Below the pieces are notes generated by a model that was given only the letters and a program-made list of their open reading frames with translations, ran no database searches and had not been told where the DNA came from. The position numbers and the translations under genes are program-made. DNA of 64,000 nt from Amoebophrya sp. A120 (taxonomy: Eukaryota; Protista; Dinoflagellata): NCBI GenBank assembly GCA_905178155.1, contig CAJINV010000002.1:11720591-11784590 (forward strand). Direction: 5' to 3'. Positions 13,951 through 27,049 of this stretch are shown here, in pieces (the first letter of the stretch is position 1; the number at the start of each line of letters is the position of its first letter).

Positions 13951-14273
13951 AGGGCGGGGGAAGGGCAGGGAAGGGGTCGGGAGAAGGCAGGGAGACGAGA
14001 GGAGACTAGGGAGGTGCTAGGGAGGGGCTAGAGAGGGGCTAGGGAGGGGCCAGGGAGGGGCTAGGGATAGGGAGGGGGGTAGGGAAGGGGCAGGGAGGGT
14101 GTAGGGAGGGGGGTAGGCAGGGGGTAGGGAGGAAGTAGGGAGGGGGTAGGAGGGGGGTAGGAAGGGGGTAGGAAGGAGCTATGGGGGACATGGAACACCT
14201 GGAAAATTCCAGGAAGGGGGGTAGGAAGGGGGTAGGAAGGGGTTAGGGGGGCATGGAACACCTGGAAAATTCC
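13951..14273 (+). repeat. G-rich purine tract (agggaggggct / agggggtagg units) with a 22-bp direct repeat
   Basis: Degenerate 10-11 nt G-run repeats with G-quadruplex-type runs. catggaacacctggaaaattcc occurs at 14189-14210 and 14252-14273. Confidence 0.85.
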
Positions 14274-14379
14274 GGAGTGTTGTTTTAGCGGATTTCTCCG
14301 TATTAGAATGGCCCACGATATCACTATGAGAGTCATTTCATGCGTATGCGCTCCCTCACATACCAAAACGCCATCCACG

Positions 14380-14930
14380 CATTAAATTTTTTTCGGCTTT
14401 CAAAAATTTCAAAAAAATTGAAAATTTTTCAAAACGCAAAAAATTGAAGAATTTGCGCGGAGTTAGAGCGTTAAAGTACTGCCAGCCAATAAATATGCAA
14501 TACACTATACATCTGGATGACTGTACTCGTTTTAATTAAGTAGACAAGCACAAAGTCTCAAAATTGTTTTTTTGGAAAATTTTTAAAAATTCCAGGATCA
14601 CTTCTTTTTGCTATATTTATGTGATAAAAACTCGCAATACTACGAGATTGCACTTAGCTGCTTTGAATCGCACAGCCTAAAAGCCTGGAATTCCAGAAAT
14701 TTTGCAATATTTTTCTGAAGTTGCATTTTTATAATTTTTGAATCTTCCTGGAGGTTCTGGATGTGCGGAATATGTTACAAAGAAAAAACACACCAGAGAA
14801 GTAGCTTGCGTATTTGTTTCCTTTCCTATTCTGTGTTTTTTCATGGATTCTTGAAGAATATCAGGGAACTTTCTGAATTTTGTAAATTTTTTAATTTTTG
14901 GAAAATTTTAAAATTTTTGCCCTATATGGA
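14380..14930. promoter_or_regulatory. AT-rich core of the divergent strand-switch region (putative bidirectional initiation zone)
   Basis: Non-coding, dense A/T tracts that are A-biased on the left and T-biased on the right. Lies between the 5' ends of the minus-strand and plus-strand gene blocks. The function is inferred. Confidence 0.4.
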
Positions 14931-15069
14931 TGATCCACATATACTGTTGCGATACAACCAAAGCACGTGCATTATTCTTTGCATTTTCACCAATTACAGG
15001 CGTCCAAATGAAGAAAAACGCGGAAACCGATAGGATGCAACTTCTCAGCTCATTTTCCACGCTCACCAT

Positions 15070-15270
15070 TCTGCCCTCTTTATCCCTACCTCCCCTCCCC
15101 CCCGATCACCAACATCGTCCCACCTCAGGTATACCCTCTTTCTACCCTCCCCATACCCTCTTCCCCCTGCCTATTCCCTGCTTACCCCCTGCCTACCCCC
15201 TGCGTACCCCCTGCCTGCCCCCTGCCTACCCTCTCCGAAAGGGCCCCCCTTCCCCCCTGCTGCCAAGCCC
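15070..15270 (+). repeat. C-rich pyrimidine tract (cccctgcctaccccct units), compositional reverse complement of the 13951-14250 tract
   Basis: Repeated ccccctgccta/ccccctgcgta units resemble the reverse complement of the ggtaggcaggggg units at ~14110. Confidence 0.8.
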
Positions 15271-16267
15271 CTGGGGAGCGGAGGCGCCGGCGGATGCGAG
15301 GGTGTGCCCTAGCTCCTTTGTTTACGCCGGTGCGGCCCGGTGCATGCGCCCCCGCGGGAGCGAGCTGCTCTGTCGAAACTCCTGAAAACGCGCGGGAGCC
15401 CGCCGCGTTCACCGACCGGATTAGATGGGCGCAGAGAGGCACTCGCGAGCGCTGTGAGCCTGCTTCTGCGCCTCCCGAGTAGCGGTCGGAACCGGTCGGC
15501 GCCGCCCGAGAAAGGACGGGCGCAATTGCGGATAAAATCGCCCCTGTGGGCTGCTTGGGCGGCGGTGGCCAGCCGCGGGCGCCCGCCAGGGAATAGTGTG
15601 CCCCGGCGCGACGCTTCGCTTTTTGCGCCTCCTATTCCTACTCGCGGAAGCCGATCGGCGCCGCCCGAGCGGCAGTCGGCCCATTTCCGGGAAACCCTCT
15701 GCGGCAGCCGCGTAAGTTCGCGTGGGCCGCGGCGGCCACCCGCCCCGGTCCGTGGAAAAGTAGTGCCGCGGGGGGCGTTGCCGATCTTTTTGCGCCTTTG
15801 CCGCGGGCCGATCCGAGCTTCCCCGGCGAAGCATCGCCCCGCTTCTGTCTTCCCCGGCGCGCCTAGCTTTTTTGGCGGCGCGCACTGGGGCGGCGCGGCA
15901 AGACCGCGGCCCCCGGGTAGTATTCCCTTTTCGATCCCGGGCCTACTACGTGCGGGCCTTGGCCTACTGCGTGCGCCGATGAAAGTTGGCGCTACGCCGT
16001 GCGCGCATCGACGAGGGTCGTGGCCGCCTTATCAGTGACTCACTCGCCGTGGTAGCACCCCGGTGCGTTCGTTTCGCTCTGGTACTCGTTAAACAGATCG
16101 CGAGGGTAATTTTCGCTCATCGGCGGGACGAGAGAGCGTGCTGTTCGGAGCGTATTGTCATCCTGCTTGTCACGATTTGCACGCAGTCTAATCTTCTCGA
16201 ACATAGCTGAAACTCGACGTGGTAGTGTCTTTGCATAGTGGAGAAGTAATCGCATCTAGTGAGAAAA

Positions 16268-18676
16268 ATGTCCTGCTGCATTCCGTCCTCCGTTCCGGAA
16301 CTCGATGCGTTCTTCGCACGCCAGGTCCCGACCGGGTTCACCTCGGGCGAAGCGGAAGGAGGGCAGATGACCTACGGGGAAATACTATCGGAGGGGGTGA
16401 AAAGCATGCTGACGTGCAGCGCCGCGCTGTTGCCGCCTGCGCGCGCGCGCGACTGCGTTTTCCTGGACCTCGGCAGCGGCATCGGCAAAGGGCCAATCGC
16501 TGCGAGCATTCTGGCCCGGGACCCGAGCTGCGGCCTTCGCATTTCGCGTGCGATCGGGATCGAGCTCTCGCACCAGCGGCACGCCATCGCCGAGCTCGCA
16601 CTGCACCGGATGACGCGCGACCCCGCCGCCACTTCCTCTAACAAGCGTCGTCGCTCCTCTCGCAAGCTGTCCGCTTCCCCCGGCGCCGGTCTGCTTGTTC
16701 CGCCGGTCGTTCACGCTGAGCCAGAACCAAGCTCCGAAGCGCAGCTACTCGAGCAGCAGGTGCTCCTGCAGGAGGGCGATGCGATCAAGGATTCCGTCGC
16801 CGCCATCGCTGCTGCGGACGTGATCTGGATATCCAATATGTGCTTCCCCAAAACGCTCACGACGCGCATTGCCCACCTGCTAGACGGATTTGCCAAAAAG
16901 GGCGCAGTGGTTTTTTCCAGTCGGGAGCTGTTTCTCGTGCGCGAGCACATGGACCTGGCGCATGAACAGTCGTTGCATTGTATAAAAGAACTACTACTTT
17001 TGCGTTAAGTTTGAAAATGCTTTTAAGCAACGTTGTGCTCTTGTCGAAGTCGAATCCTTGCAATCGCACGTCTGAGCACAGGAAAATTTTGCCTCGCAAA
17101 CCGTACTATCAGGTAAACCACCGATCGTCCCGCAAAGCTGGCACGGCGGGCACGAAGTTTTCGTCTACCACATCACCGGCGGCACCTGCTACGGTCGGCA
17201 GCTGCACTGGCCGCGCGGACTGGCAGCGAGTGCGTATTACACCGACGAAAAAAGTTTCCGCCGGAAAAAACACCACGACCGGCAGGAGGCGCGAAGAAAG
17301 ATGGAGTCCTCGCGTGCCACAAGTAAGCAGTCCGCGTCCACCATTGCGACGGCTGCAGATCTGGAAGCAGGGAGCCGCGACGCGGTAGCGGTCAGCGGTA
17401 GTGTTTCTCCAGAACAGCACCCCGTTTCCGCGGACCGAGGCACGTCGATGCCACTCGCGCCAGCGCACGACAATACTGGTATTGCTGCTGCTTCGGAGAG
17501 GACTACGGGTGCCGTAAACCTGTCGCAAACGCTGCACACCTGGCTTTTTGGGCTGTGCACCACGAAAGCGCGCGGGGACGGTGAAAGTGCGCAATCCTCA
17601 TCCAGCGATGAAGAAGGAGAAGACGATTTTGCCACGGACGAGGAGACCTCAGCGTCGGGGCAGGAGGAAGCGTACCCGCACCTGGCCAAGCTCACGAAGA
17701 TGCTCTCGTCCTCGAAGGGCAGCTCCAGCCTAGACCTCCTCGCCGCGCCGCTGGAGGACGACCGCCGCCGGCAGGTGTTTTGGAACGCAAAAATCAGGAA
17801 CACGGAAGACAGCATCGCGCGCGCGTTTTCCTTCTGGTCGCTGTTCGGGCGGATCCCCGAGGCGGGGGCGGATCGAATGTACAACACGGTCCTCAGCGAT
17901 GATGGGAAGCAACCCGTGGATTACCGTCTCTACCCCTGGGGCCTGCCCAAAGTACAGCTTAGCTTTTTCAGCCAAATGCTTTTGTAAAGTGAGCTTGCTT
18001 CTCGGTCTCCCACATATGAAAAAAAAAGCAGCTTGCTGTGTTTAATATCCTGCGAGTAAATTCCCAATCTGCACAGGTGCCGTCCGCGCACACGAAAGAG
18101 TTTTACAAATTAAGGGTGTCGCCGGAATTCTTAAAGGCCGCCATCATGGATGCGCTGCTGCACGACACGAGCGCATTGGATCTGCTGGAACTCCAACTCG
18201 CAACGCACGACCAGGCACACGATCTGGCATTTCGCGATTTCCGCCGGTTGGTCTACAAATACAAGCCCCACTTTTCCGCAGGTTGGTGGTAATGAATAGG
18301 TCCATTCTTTGTGCTACCGGTGTGTGACCGTGAGAGCGGTCCAACTTTCTGAGTTCTTCTCGCACGCATTTTGCATAGTCCAATTTTGCTGCTGCGATTC
18401 TCATTCATCTTTCCTGGTCGTGGTCGAAAAATTTAAGACTGCTTTACCGTGCTCCTTTTCAAAAGTTATTCGCTCCAATCAAATTGCGACGATCGTTCGC
18501 CCGACCTAGACGACGTTGCCATGCGTGTCAATGCGGCGGTTTCACAACTACCGTTGGCCGTGCACGTAGGGACGACGACAATGTTTGCTAGTTACATCCA
18601 AGGCGTCGTCGGGTTGCGGACCAGAAAAAGTGTACGTATAGAGAGCTTCTGTTTCAGTGAACTTCATCTTCATTAA
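16268..18676 (+). CDS. DOT1-like class I SAM-dependent methyltransferase (multi-exon; 3' end uncertain)
   Basis: Motifs TYGEI, FLDLGSGIGK, GIELS..RH, EGD and VIWISNMCF, then PQSW after the GT-AG intron 16980-17112. A further intron lies at 17952-18076, and a probable one at ~18290-18465. Confidence 0.75.
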
Positions 18677-19399
18677 CTTGTGATCTTGTTTTCGTTTCCA
18701 CTGCGCTGGTGTTTCTGCGTGTAATTTTTGGACAGTGGTGATCAAGACTAGGAGACTCTGTGCACAATTTCTCTTGGATGGACTTTTCATTGTTGACGTG
18801 TTCTTGCTGACAAGATCCGGTGTGGTGTTTTTGTCGAATGTTTTTTGGTTTTGCTACTGCCGCGCATCTCTCTGTTGGTAAACAAGATCAGTCTTTATCA
18901 TTTAAGAACGGAAGATCTTGATCTTTCGAGCAAGAAAACAGGTCGTACGTCTTGTTGGACAATCTTGCACATGAACCAACCGCAGCCACTGCTCTTGGGT
19001 CCGAAAGTAGTGCGCACTACTAAGTGCAGCTGTACGCGGCGTGAGACGCCCGATTCTTGATCTCAACTCGTGTGCACGATTTGGTTTTTTTTGCTGTTCT
19101 TACGCACGGTTTTGTGATCATTTGCATTTAGTCTTTAGTGAGCCTCCTTAAGGTTTGCCGCAGATTAGCGGTGCGGCTATTGCTATTCCGTAGCACGTTT
19201 TACGTACGATTTAGTCGTTGAAGCTTCGCACGATTTTTCTAAGTTAGCAATTGAATCTCAACACGACCGCTTTTCCGCGAACTGCTGACGAACTACACTT
19301 TACTGAAGCGCTTCATCTTCTTTCGTGAGACTGCAATGGATCCATAACCGATCAGGTCAGGTAGGAATTCGCGGGGGACGGAAGATCTAAATCAGAATA

Positions 19400-22300
19400 A
19401 TGCCTGTCCGCGCGGCACCTTTATTTCGCTACGATACCACTTGGTGTCTGCTCCATTGCTTCGCTCTGCTGTTCGCTTCACTGCTGGACGCGCGAACCGC
19501 TCAAGCCTTGGAATGCCGCGTGAACTTTCATGGGACCTGCCGGCAGCGGGCGTACTTGCTGGAGAAATCACTGGAGGATCTGGAAAACCTGTGGATCGAC
19601 ATATTACAGTGAAAAATGCCCCCACCCCGGAATTTGCAGAAGTTTGTCATACAAAGTTTCCAAATGAAAGCTTTTTGTCTTGCATAAAAGGATTGCGAGC
19701 GTTTCTGATGCAGAATCTGGGTGCGCAAGGTGCCTTGTGCATAACAGATCCGGCTGCTGTTGGGCTACTTCGCAACACAATAAATTTGACCTATTCAGCA
19801 TGGAAAATTTGTGATGCTGAGATATGCAAGACAGGGAATGTCTCTGTTGGAAAGGTTTGCCATAGAAATGCTCCCAAGTTCGGGGGTGGGGGCATTTTTC
19901 ATTGTAATACGACACGAGATGCGACCGGTCTTCACGGCCAGTGGACACGACAAACCCGGGGGCGCTCGCCGCTGCTCCCCGGAGCTCGGCCCGCTCGTCT
20001 TCGCCGCGTGCGCACGGCATGAACGCTTTGCAAATGAGGGAGCGCCCGTTGTTGTCCAGAAACGAGAACTTCGCTTTAGAGCTGTGGCGCTACTGCGGAA
20101 ACAGCCACGCGGACCCGATCACACTCGAAGTGTTCAAGACCGAGGTCGTGCAAAGCGACGGAACCACGGCAGACACCATCGTACAGGCCGACCAGTGGCC
20201 GCGAAGGGAGGATCTGGAAAAGCTGCAGAACCCTTACAACCAGTGGCTTCAGTTTGGTAAGACCGCGTACGAAATCAACGCGGGCGCCGCGCCAGACCAC
20301 CGAATGAGCTTCCATTGGGGACAGTACGAGCTCTCGCAGTTCTCGGACTACGAATTGGGTGCGGAGGGCTGCGACGACGTCAGTAATGGCATAGACTGGC
20401 GGGTCCTAAGGAGGTTTTTGCTCGTGCCCGACCGGAAGTGGCAGTGCGAAAAACTAGTCCGCGATCCGGCAAAATGGAACTTGATCACGATACTAGGTTG
20501 GTATAGTTTTGGTCTCTAATGATATTCGCTTGTTGTTTTGTATTTGTTCCTCTTCCTGCGTAGCACTCTAACTATAAAACATCCGGTGCAGCCAGCGTGT
20601 GTGTGTTTGCTGCTAGCTTGTTACGTCGAGTCAGCTGAGCAGGCCAGAAAGTGTCAGAACATCAAACCACTCCGCATATAATTCTGACAGAACAGTCCCT
20701 GGAACACCCGCAGGGAAACTTTCCGTACACGGGTGTTCGCGACGACTGCTACCTGGGCACGGTGTCCTTCTTCCTCCTCGACACCTTGTGCGCGGAAACG
20801 CCGGACGACTTTTTCAACAAACTGAAAAACGTCCTGCTCTACCTGGAAGGGTTGATCTTTTACGGCGACGCCGACAGTGAGGTCCGGCAGGAGTTTGGGG
20901 ACAGCAAGGTCGAAATGGGCAAGGCGATCCACGACTATGACAGTGAACATTCAGAGGAGCAAAAGTACCGCGCCAGCGTCTACTCCGGGGACGTTTTCAA
21001 CGCAACTGGTATTTCCGCTGGACGAAATGCTGACGCTGCAACAGAGGTGGCGGCGTCACCAGACACAACTTCGCAAAAGTTTTCGACGAAGGAGCAGGCT
21101 GCCTTCGAGTGGAACCGGGGAAAGGAACACTGGCAGCAACTGCAGGGCGGTGGAGACGAGGAAGTACTAGAGCAGGGCAGTCTAATGTCCAACACTCAAG
21201 CTGGTACTTCTCCGGGAGAAGCCGCCGAAGGATCCTCGCCACCCTCTGCAACTTACCCAGGCTCGCACACGATTCAAGATTACATGCAGGGCACGAGTGC
21301 AGCGGGAGAGACCCGGTCGGCGAGCGAAAAGACCGCGCGGAAGGCGGGTAGCAACTTGCACGCGTACTCGTCGCTCGTGATGCAGTCCGGATGGCCAGTC
21401 TTTGTGCTGTTCAATGACATCTCCGAAGTGGTCACAGCGAACATGCTGCCGCACTTGCCGAACCAGTGCGACTTGCTGGATACGGACTCCGACGTGGCGA
21501 AAAATTCCAACTTGTTGGAGTTCTTCACCAACTACACGAAAGGCGTTTATGTCGGCGTGGAAAAAGAGCATCACATCCCGCTGGTGAATCCGGACCGCGT
21601 CCTGAAATTCGAGGAGGCCGTGAAACAGTGGGGAAAGAGTAACCAGGGAGATGTGTTAACGACCGATAGTAGTACAACTACCGCAGAAGTCACGCAGCGA
21701 CGGCCGCCCACGGAGGTAGCGCAGGCAAAGGACTTTCAAGGAAGGGCGTTCAGTTCGGAGTCATCAACAACATCTCCGACAGCAGACAGTACCGCCACTA
21801 GCAGTCGCGCACAGCTCCCGCCTTTACTTGACTTGGAGAAGGTGCTGGTTCGTTCGAGACAAGGGAATCCCACCTACCGCGCAAAGATCTCCGTGGACGC
21901 GGAGTCTCTACTCAACGACCCGCGGAACTGCCCCTTCGCGCAAGCGGCCGCGGCCTTCGTTGGCGCCTACAAGGAGGTCGACCTGAAAGATCGGCAGGCG
22001 TGGGTGTTCCTCGCGTTCGACTTGCTTAAGTCCTGGGACGCGTTCGCCACGGACCGGTCCGGGTACGACCGCCGTTTTTTCTACGATTTGCTGACGACAC
22101 GATGGCCTATTTTGCGGTTCCTGGCCAGCTGGTTCGAGGAGCAGCAGGTGTTTCAGTTTCCGGGCCGGTACGACCGCAAAGAACAGCTGCTGCGCGCACT
22201 CAAGCAGAACCAAATTTTCATGAGTGGGAAGGACTTTCCAGGCATTCGCTCCAACACGGACCATGAGACCTGCAGGAAAAATGAAGAAAATTTTCTGCCC

Positions 22301-24538
22301 CACCGGTTTCTCGAATGGTCCATGTTTCAAGCGCGCTGGAACCGCGAAGGGACTTATCCGTTTGCGAAGGTCCGACCTGGTGTGTCTACTCGTCAGACGA
22401 CCGCTGCACATGAAGGTACTAGTGAAGAGAGTTCTCAGCATTTGTGGAAACAAAAAATTTTGCGGGCCGTTGCCGCAGTGCACGAGACCTTTTCAGACCC
22501 CCCGGATGAACCTGTGCACAACCACGGCGGTTCACCATTGGCGGCGAAAGATCCAGGGAGCTTCGCTGTACGGCTGAGGCACCTGCAGGAAGTGCAGGAC
22601 AATCTGAAGGGGCTGTTGCTGCGCGGCAAAGAACTCGAGCACAATCAGAGCTACCTTTGCACCGTGTTACCCAAGCTGGATGTGGTTTTCGTGGCAGGAT
22701 CAAAAGCCGGCGCCGGGTACGGTTCCTTTACCGTCCGGGGTCGCCAGGTCGCCCGGGGCCTGCGCAAGTTTGGTAGGGTCAAGGCAAGAGCGTGGAACTT
22801 TGAATGCACCCAGTACTGTGACCACCTGAAGCAGGCGCACGAGCAGAACGACAAGGATGTGAAAGAGTACAAGGACGGAGTGCTGCAGGTCAACTGGTAC
22901 CTCGCACTGTCCGAGGAGGAAAAGAAGACCGCGAGAATGCCGCCCATGCCGGAAATGCCGGTTTTGTTTCAGGACCCGAATGTGGTGGTGCACGTGAAGA
23001 TCCCCTGCAAATGCTTGTTCGAGCACCTCAGCCTACGGGAGACGATTCACATCTTGGATCCGATCGATTTGTTGCTGCAGGACTGGGTGATGCTCGAGCG
23101 AATGGGGTTTTCGGCGGTGCTGCTACAGACGTCGCTCGCGAGCAGAGACATGCTCGCGCATCCGACCCTGTCGGGAGACGGGAAAAAAAGTGCGCTCGGT
23201 GAGGACGAGACCATCGAGCGAACTCTCCACTCCGACCGGGTATTCGTGTCCGCCGCGTCGTCGGAAGAGCGGGCGGACCAGGAAGTGGGCGACGCGCTTT
23301 TAGACCAAGAAGAAATAAACTTTGCCGTGGAGGCGTTCTCCGCCGCCTTGCTACACGCCGTCACGATTCAAGAAACGGACGGCGCGTACCAATTCTGCGA
23401 GCTCTTGGAGAAGATTTGGGCAGCGCTGCGGGACTTGGTGGTGAAAAGCGAGACCGTGCGCAGGTACTTGGACCAACGGTGGTTTGGCGAGATTCTGTCC
23501 GCGACAAGGCTCTTTTCCGCGAACAAGCAGCACTGTGGAGCGACGTCTACGTCGCATCCGGCACAACAGGAAGAAGGCCTGAAAGAGGTCTGGCCGATAA
23601 AACACCTCGACCGCGCGGGGGCACCCGGCAGCCGGTACCTGCCCGCTCCAGCCGCGGAGCCCCAGAAAGTGGTCTCGCAAGCACCGCCAGCAATTATCCC
23701 GATCAACTTCGGTTCATCATCACCGTCCTCCGTAGAAGTACACGTAAGGGAGAAGGGCTTCGCTGGGTTCTACTGGCTCCCACTCCACCACAGCAACTTC
23801 CATGATTTGCGCAACGCGGAGCCCGGGGAAGACAACCCGAAGCAAACGTTCGGGGTGCACAGCACCCATTACGACAAGGGGCTGTTCGACGAGATCCAGA
23901 AGTTCCTGACCGCCCACACGAACGCGACCTTCCAGCACATCGATCCCAACGGGCAGTTTGTGTTCACCGGCGGCCACATTCTGAGCCCGCAGCAGACCAA
24001 AATCGTGTACAAGACCTTCCAAACGTTCGACTTCACGGCCATGCGCACCAACCAGAACTGCGACGCCGGGGAGTCCCGGCAGGCGAGCAACAACACCTTT
24101 CTGTCGAAGCAGTTCTTCTGCACGCGCTACAAGACCGGGCAGCGACTGCTGAACCACTTCGCGGTCGGCATTCCCGCGGTCGTGTTCCGAGAAACGGGAC
24201 CCATGGACGTTCTGGAGGGGTGGAACGAGGAAGAGGAAGAGGAAATGCAGCAAGGGACGACGGAGGTAGCGGAGCCAAGTAGAGAAGCGCCATCTGCTTC
24301 ATCGTCTTCATCTCCATTGGACGGGAAAGAATATCCCTTGCTCGCCTCATCGGTTCCGGAAGCCCTTGAGAAGGTCGACTTGTATCTTAACAAGTTTTCG
24401 ATCGCGGACAAGAGAAAACTTCGGCGGAAGGTGGTGGGTTTGAGCAAAGATTACAGCTTGCAAAATTTGGCCTGGAGGCTGCTTTTTGTCATCGCCGACA
24501 TCGCTGCAAAAACTGGGAAAATTGACGCGAGGGATTAA
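19400..24538 (+). CDS. Large secreted/type II membrane protein with a C-terminal glycosyltransferase-like domain (~1540 aa)
   Basis: Exon 19400-19601 has a hydrophobic N-terminus. It is followed by an introner, an exon to 20496, the GT-AG intron 20497-20690 and the long ORF to 24538. The C-terminal motifs GSFTVRGRQ, VVVHVK, ILDPID and KTGQRLLNHFAVGIPAV suggest a GT-B-like domain (inference). Confidence 0.65.
19602..19909. mobile_element. Introner/MITE family D copy 1 (308 bp)
   Basis: TIR tattacagtgaaaaatgcccccacccc / ggggtgggggcatttttcattgtaata. TSD cgaca at 19597-19601 and 19910-19914. Removal gives ENLWIDTRCDRSSRPVDTTNP in frame. Inverted homolog of 44356-44661. Confidence 0.93.
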
Positions 24539-24889
24539 AAGGCCTTTTTTGCCGAACCGGCAAACTGATGTAACACTAATGTATGAATCGACGCTTTTTT
24601 GTGTTGCACGCTACAAGCACTAGCACACTCACACAGTCGCGAAACAGTGGGTCTACAACCATTGGGAATAGGAAAAGTTTTCTATTTCAGCTCAGCTGAT
24701 CATGTTCCGGGTTGCAGGGAAATGTTTATTTAGAGGATCACGGGATCGTGAATACTGAATTTCAATTTGCACAACCATCCTGTGTATTACAAGTTACGTT
24801 CGATTTCGAAGAATGACACGGGCCGATGGTGCCATGTGTGTAAGCGTCCTTACTTTTTCTTTTCGCGGTCCACCTTAAGTGATAAACAA

Positions 24890-26389
24890 ATGTCTTCATT
24901 GCGACTTTGTCTGAGCCTTCTGGCCGCGTCTGCGCGCACGCTCGCGGATGCAGTGCAGCTCAATGCCGGATCTTCGAATGCGCGGCGCAACGGCTTCTGG
25001 ACGCAGGCGCCCGGCGGGAGCGCCCCTCCGGCGCATCAGCTCGGCCGTCCCAGGATTTTCTTGCCGCACCAGAGTGCTAGCTTTAGTTCCTTGCAATGTA
25101 GTAGCCAACACACACCGGTAACTTCGATCCTCCCAAGCGGATCTCCCGTCGATTCTGCAGCGCCTTCGATTCTGTCCAGCGCCCGGACGTTGGTAAGGGG
25201 GCGGGACGGCGACGGTGGTCGTCCTCCACCACTACAGCATACGATGACGACTGACTTCGAGCGGCAGCGGCAACTTGATGTGATTTCCGCAAACCGGATA
25301 GCGGACTTTTCGCGAGATACATGCGAGCTGGCGTTCAAGCAAGTCGCAAAACACGCAGTGGTTATCTCCATTCAGGCCCTTCTGGATTTGCTTTGCACCT
25401 CCACTGGCTTGTTGGATGAACTTAGCAGGATACACCAGGGCACGGTGGTCAAAGAACCGGAGGAGGAAAGCTCAGAGGAGTTTCCCAACCCCTGGTTGAC
25501 GCGTTGTGTCGCGCACATCACGCCCCACGTTCTGGTTTTCGTTAATTTTGCCGTGGATTGTTGCTACCCCATGTACTTCTACCGTGCTCTTCGGTTCTTG
25601 CAGCGGCAAAGACGTGGATACCACGCGCGTGAACCCGCGGACTTGTATTGTTGCGAAAATCATGAAGATCATAGGGGTGCTCGTGCTGTGATGCAAGAGC
25701 AAGACGCAGAAGCTCGGTCTTGGCAAGGTAGCAGCCACGCTGACGGCCTTCGTGCTACGGATGATATGTCTGGAGCTGGTGGCTCCTCGGTCTTTTCAAG
25801 CAGTGTGGCAGCGGCTGAGGACATGGACGTGGATACTGGAGAGCAGCAATTTATGGAAGACGACCGCGGAGAACGACTTGCAGAGGAAAGCCGTACAGCT
25901 ACACCCTCCACACCCAGTACTCGAGTTTCACTTGCAGGTAGCAGAACGGAGTGGAGTGCGAGCGTCTCGACTGTGTCTGCTGCTTGCAGCACTCTTCAAA
26001 CAACAGAATCAAACTCTAACGCAAACAGTCCTGCTTCCCCGCGTTCATCACTTTATCTTATTAACGGGTCGACGTCCGCGGTCATCTCGCCCCCAATGCA
26101 GTCGGAAACTCCAAATCGGCGTAGCGTGCGCACGGCGTGGATCGGGGAGGGGACGAACAGGTCGTCGTTATTTGCGAATGTACTTGGAAAATGCAAAACG
26201 TCGTGCCGACCTGATTTATGGTTCAGAACCTTAGCTGCAGAGCTTGCCAAAGATAAACACCTGATTCCAGAGCTCGCAAGCCTCGACGAAGCGCAATTTC
26301 GGCGGTTCGTGGTCGTTTGTCGTGTCCGCGAAATTTTTTGCTGCTTCTGCTGCAAAGAAGAGAATACGCCGTCTTGCTGCGTCTTGTAG
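24890..26389 (+). CDS. Hypothetical protein with a possible signal peptide; Ser-rich, with a Cys-rich C-terminus
   Basis: ~500-aa ORF starting at ATG 24890 (MSSLRLCLSLLAASARTLA). No recognised domain. Confidence 0.6.
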   Translation: MSSLRLCLSLLAASARTLADAVQLNAGSSNARRNGFWTQAPGGSAPPAHQLGRPRIFLPHQSASFSSLQCSSQHTPVTSILPSGSPVDSAAPSILSSARTLVRGRDGDGGRPPPLQHTMTTDFERQRQLDVISANRIADFSRDTCELAFKQVAKHAVVISIQALLDLLCTSTGLLDELSRIHQGTVVKEPEEESSEEFPNPWLTRCVAHITPHVLVFVNFAVDCCYPMYFYRALRFLQRQRRGYHAREPADLYCCENHEDHRGARAVMQEQDAEARSWQGSSHADGLRATDDMSGAGGSSVFSSSVAAAEDMDVDTGEQQFMEDDRGERLAEESRTATPSTPSTRVSLAGSRTEWSASVSTVSAACSTLQTTESNSNANSPASPRSSLYLINGSTSAVISPPMQSETPNRRSVRTAWIGEGTNRSSLFANVLGKCKTSCRPDLWFRTLAAELAKDKHLIPELASLDEAQFRRFVVVCRVREIFCCFCCKEENTPSCCVL

Positions 26390-27049
26390 GAAGAAACGTG
26401 TGCTCATGATGCAAGCGAGGCGTCGTCAGAAAAGTTGGCCTTATGTCTTGTTCGCCCGCTCTAGTGTTTTCGTTTCTTGTATGCGCTTGCATTGATAATT
26501 TCTACATTGCGGTGAGAGGCGCGGCCGTCAATCGGTCATACACCTGGATCGATTCGTGCACCTCTGCCTACTCTGACGTTCAAAAAAAGAATATGAGAAA
26601 AAGTTTTCTCGTCGTCGCATATTGTCGGTGCGTTCCCCAAAGCTTCTCGGTCCGTCCTAAAAAAATGGCGCTTGTTTTCATCGTCATCGCCGGTTCGTTG
26701 CACGCAGTCTAGCAGTCGTTCAGGCATTGTAGTCCTTCTTGATTTTTTTTCGTCCATTTCGTGCATACTGTTCATACACACGCATGCAAGGTCGACGGTA
26801 AGTTTCCAAAATATGTGTGTACGAAGAACGCCATCCTTATCCTCTCTATCCGACATAAACAGTATTAAGGATGCCCCGAAACTTTTCCTCTCGTTTATCC
26901 CGTCACTGCGTATCCCGCAGTGCCTATGTCTAGATTGTGTCCAGATTTAGAAAATAACCACAAGTTGTTCGTTGTTTGTAAGAGGTCAAAATTCCCAAGA
27001 AATATACCAGTTGTGAAATTCAGCACCCGGCCGCACTGAATATCGGGCC

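Noticed and set aside
13951-14250. Telomere-like G-rich repeats
   Set aside because: The units are degenerate 10-11-mers rather than TTTAGGG or TTAGGG arrays, and they lie internally between genes.
14930-16038. Pro/Arg-rich ORFs in the strand-switch region
   Set aside because: They arise from low-complexity C-rich and GC-rich sequence and show no protein-like features.
19441-20022. ORFs sharing peptides with 44285-44647 and 44206-44505 (e.g. KFPNESFLSC), and 1085-1837 sharing YQMQKCLGLEE with 43272-44060
   Set aside because: The shared peptides are read-through translations of introner families D and A, not paralogous proteins or transposase fragments.
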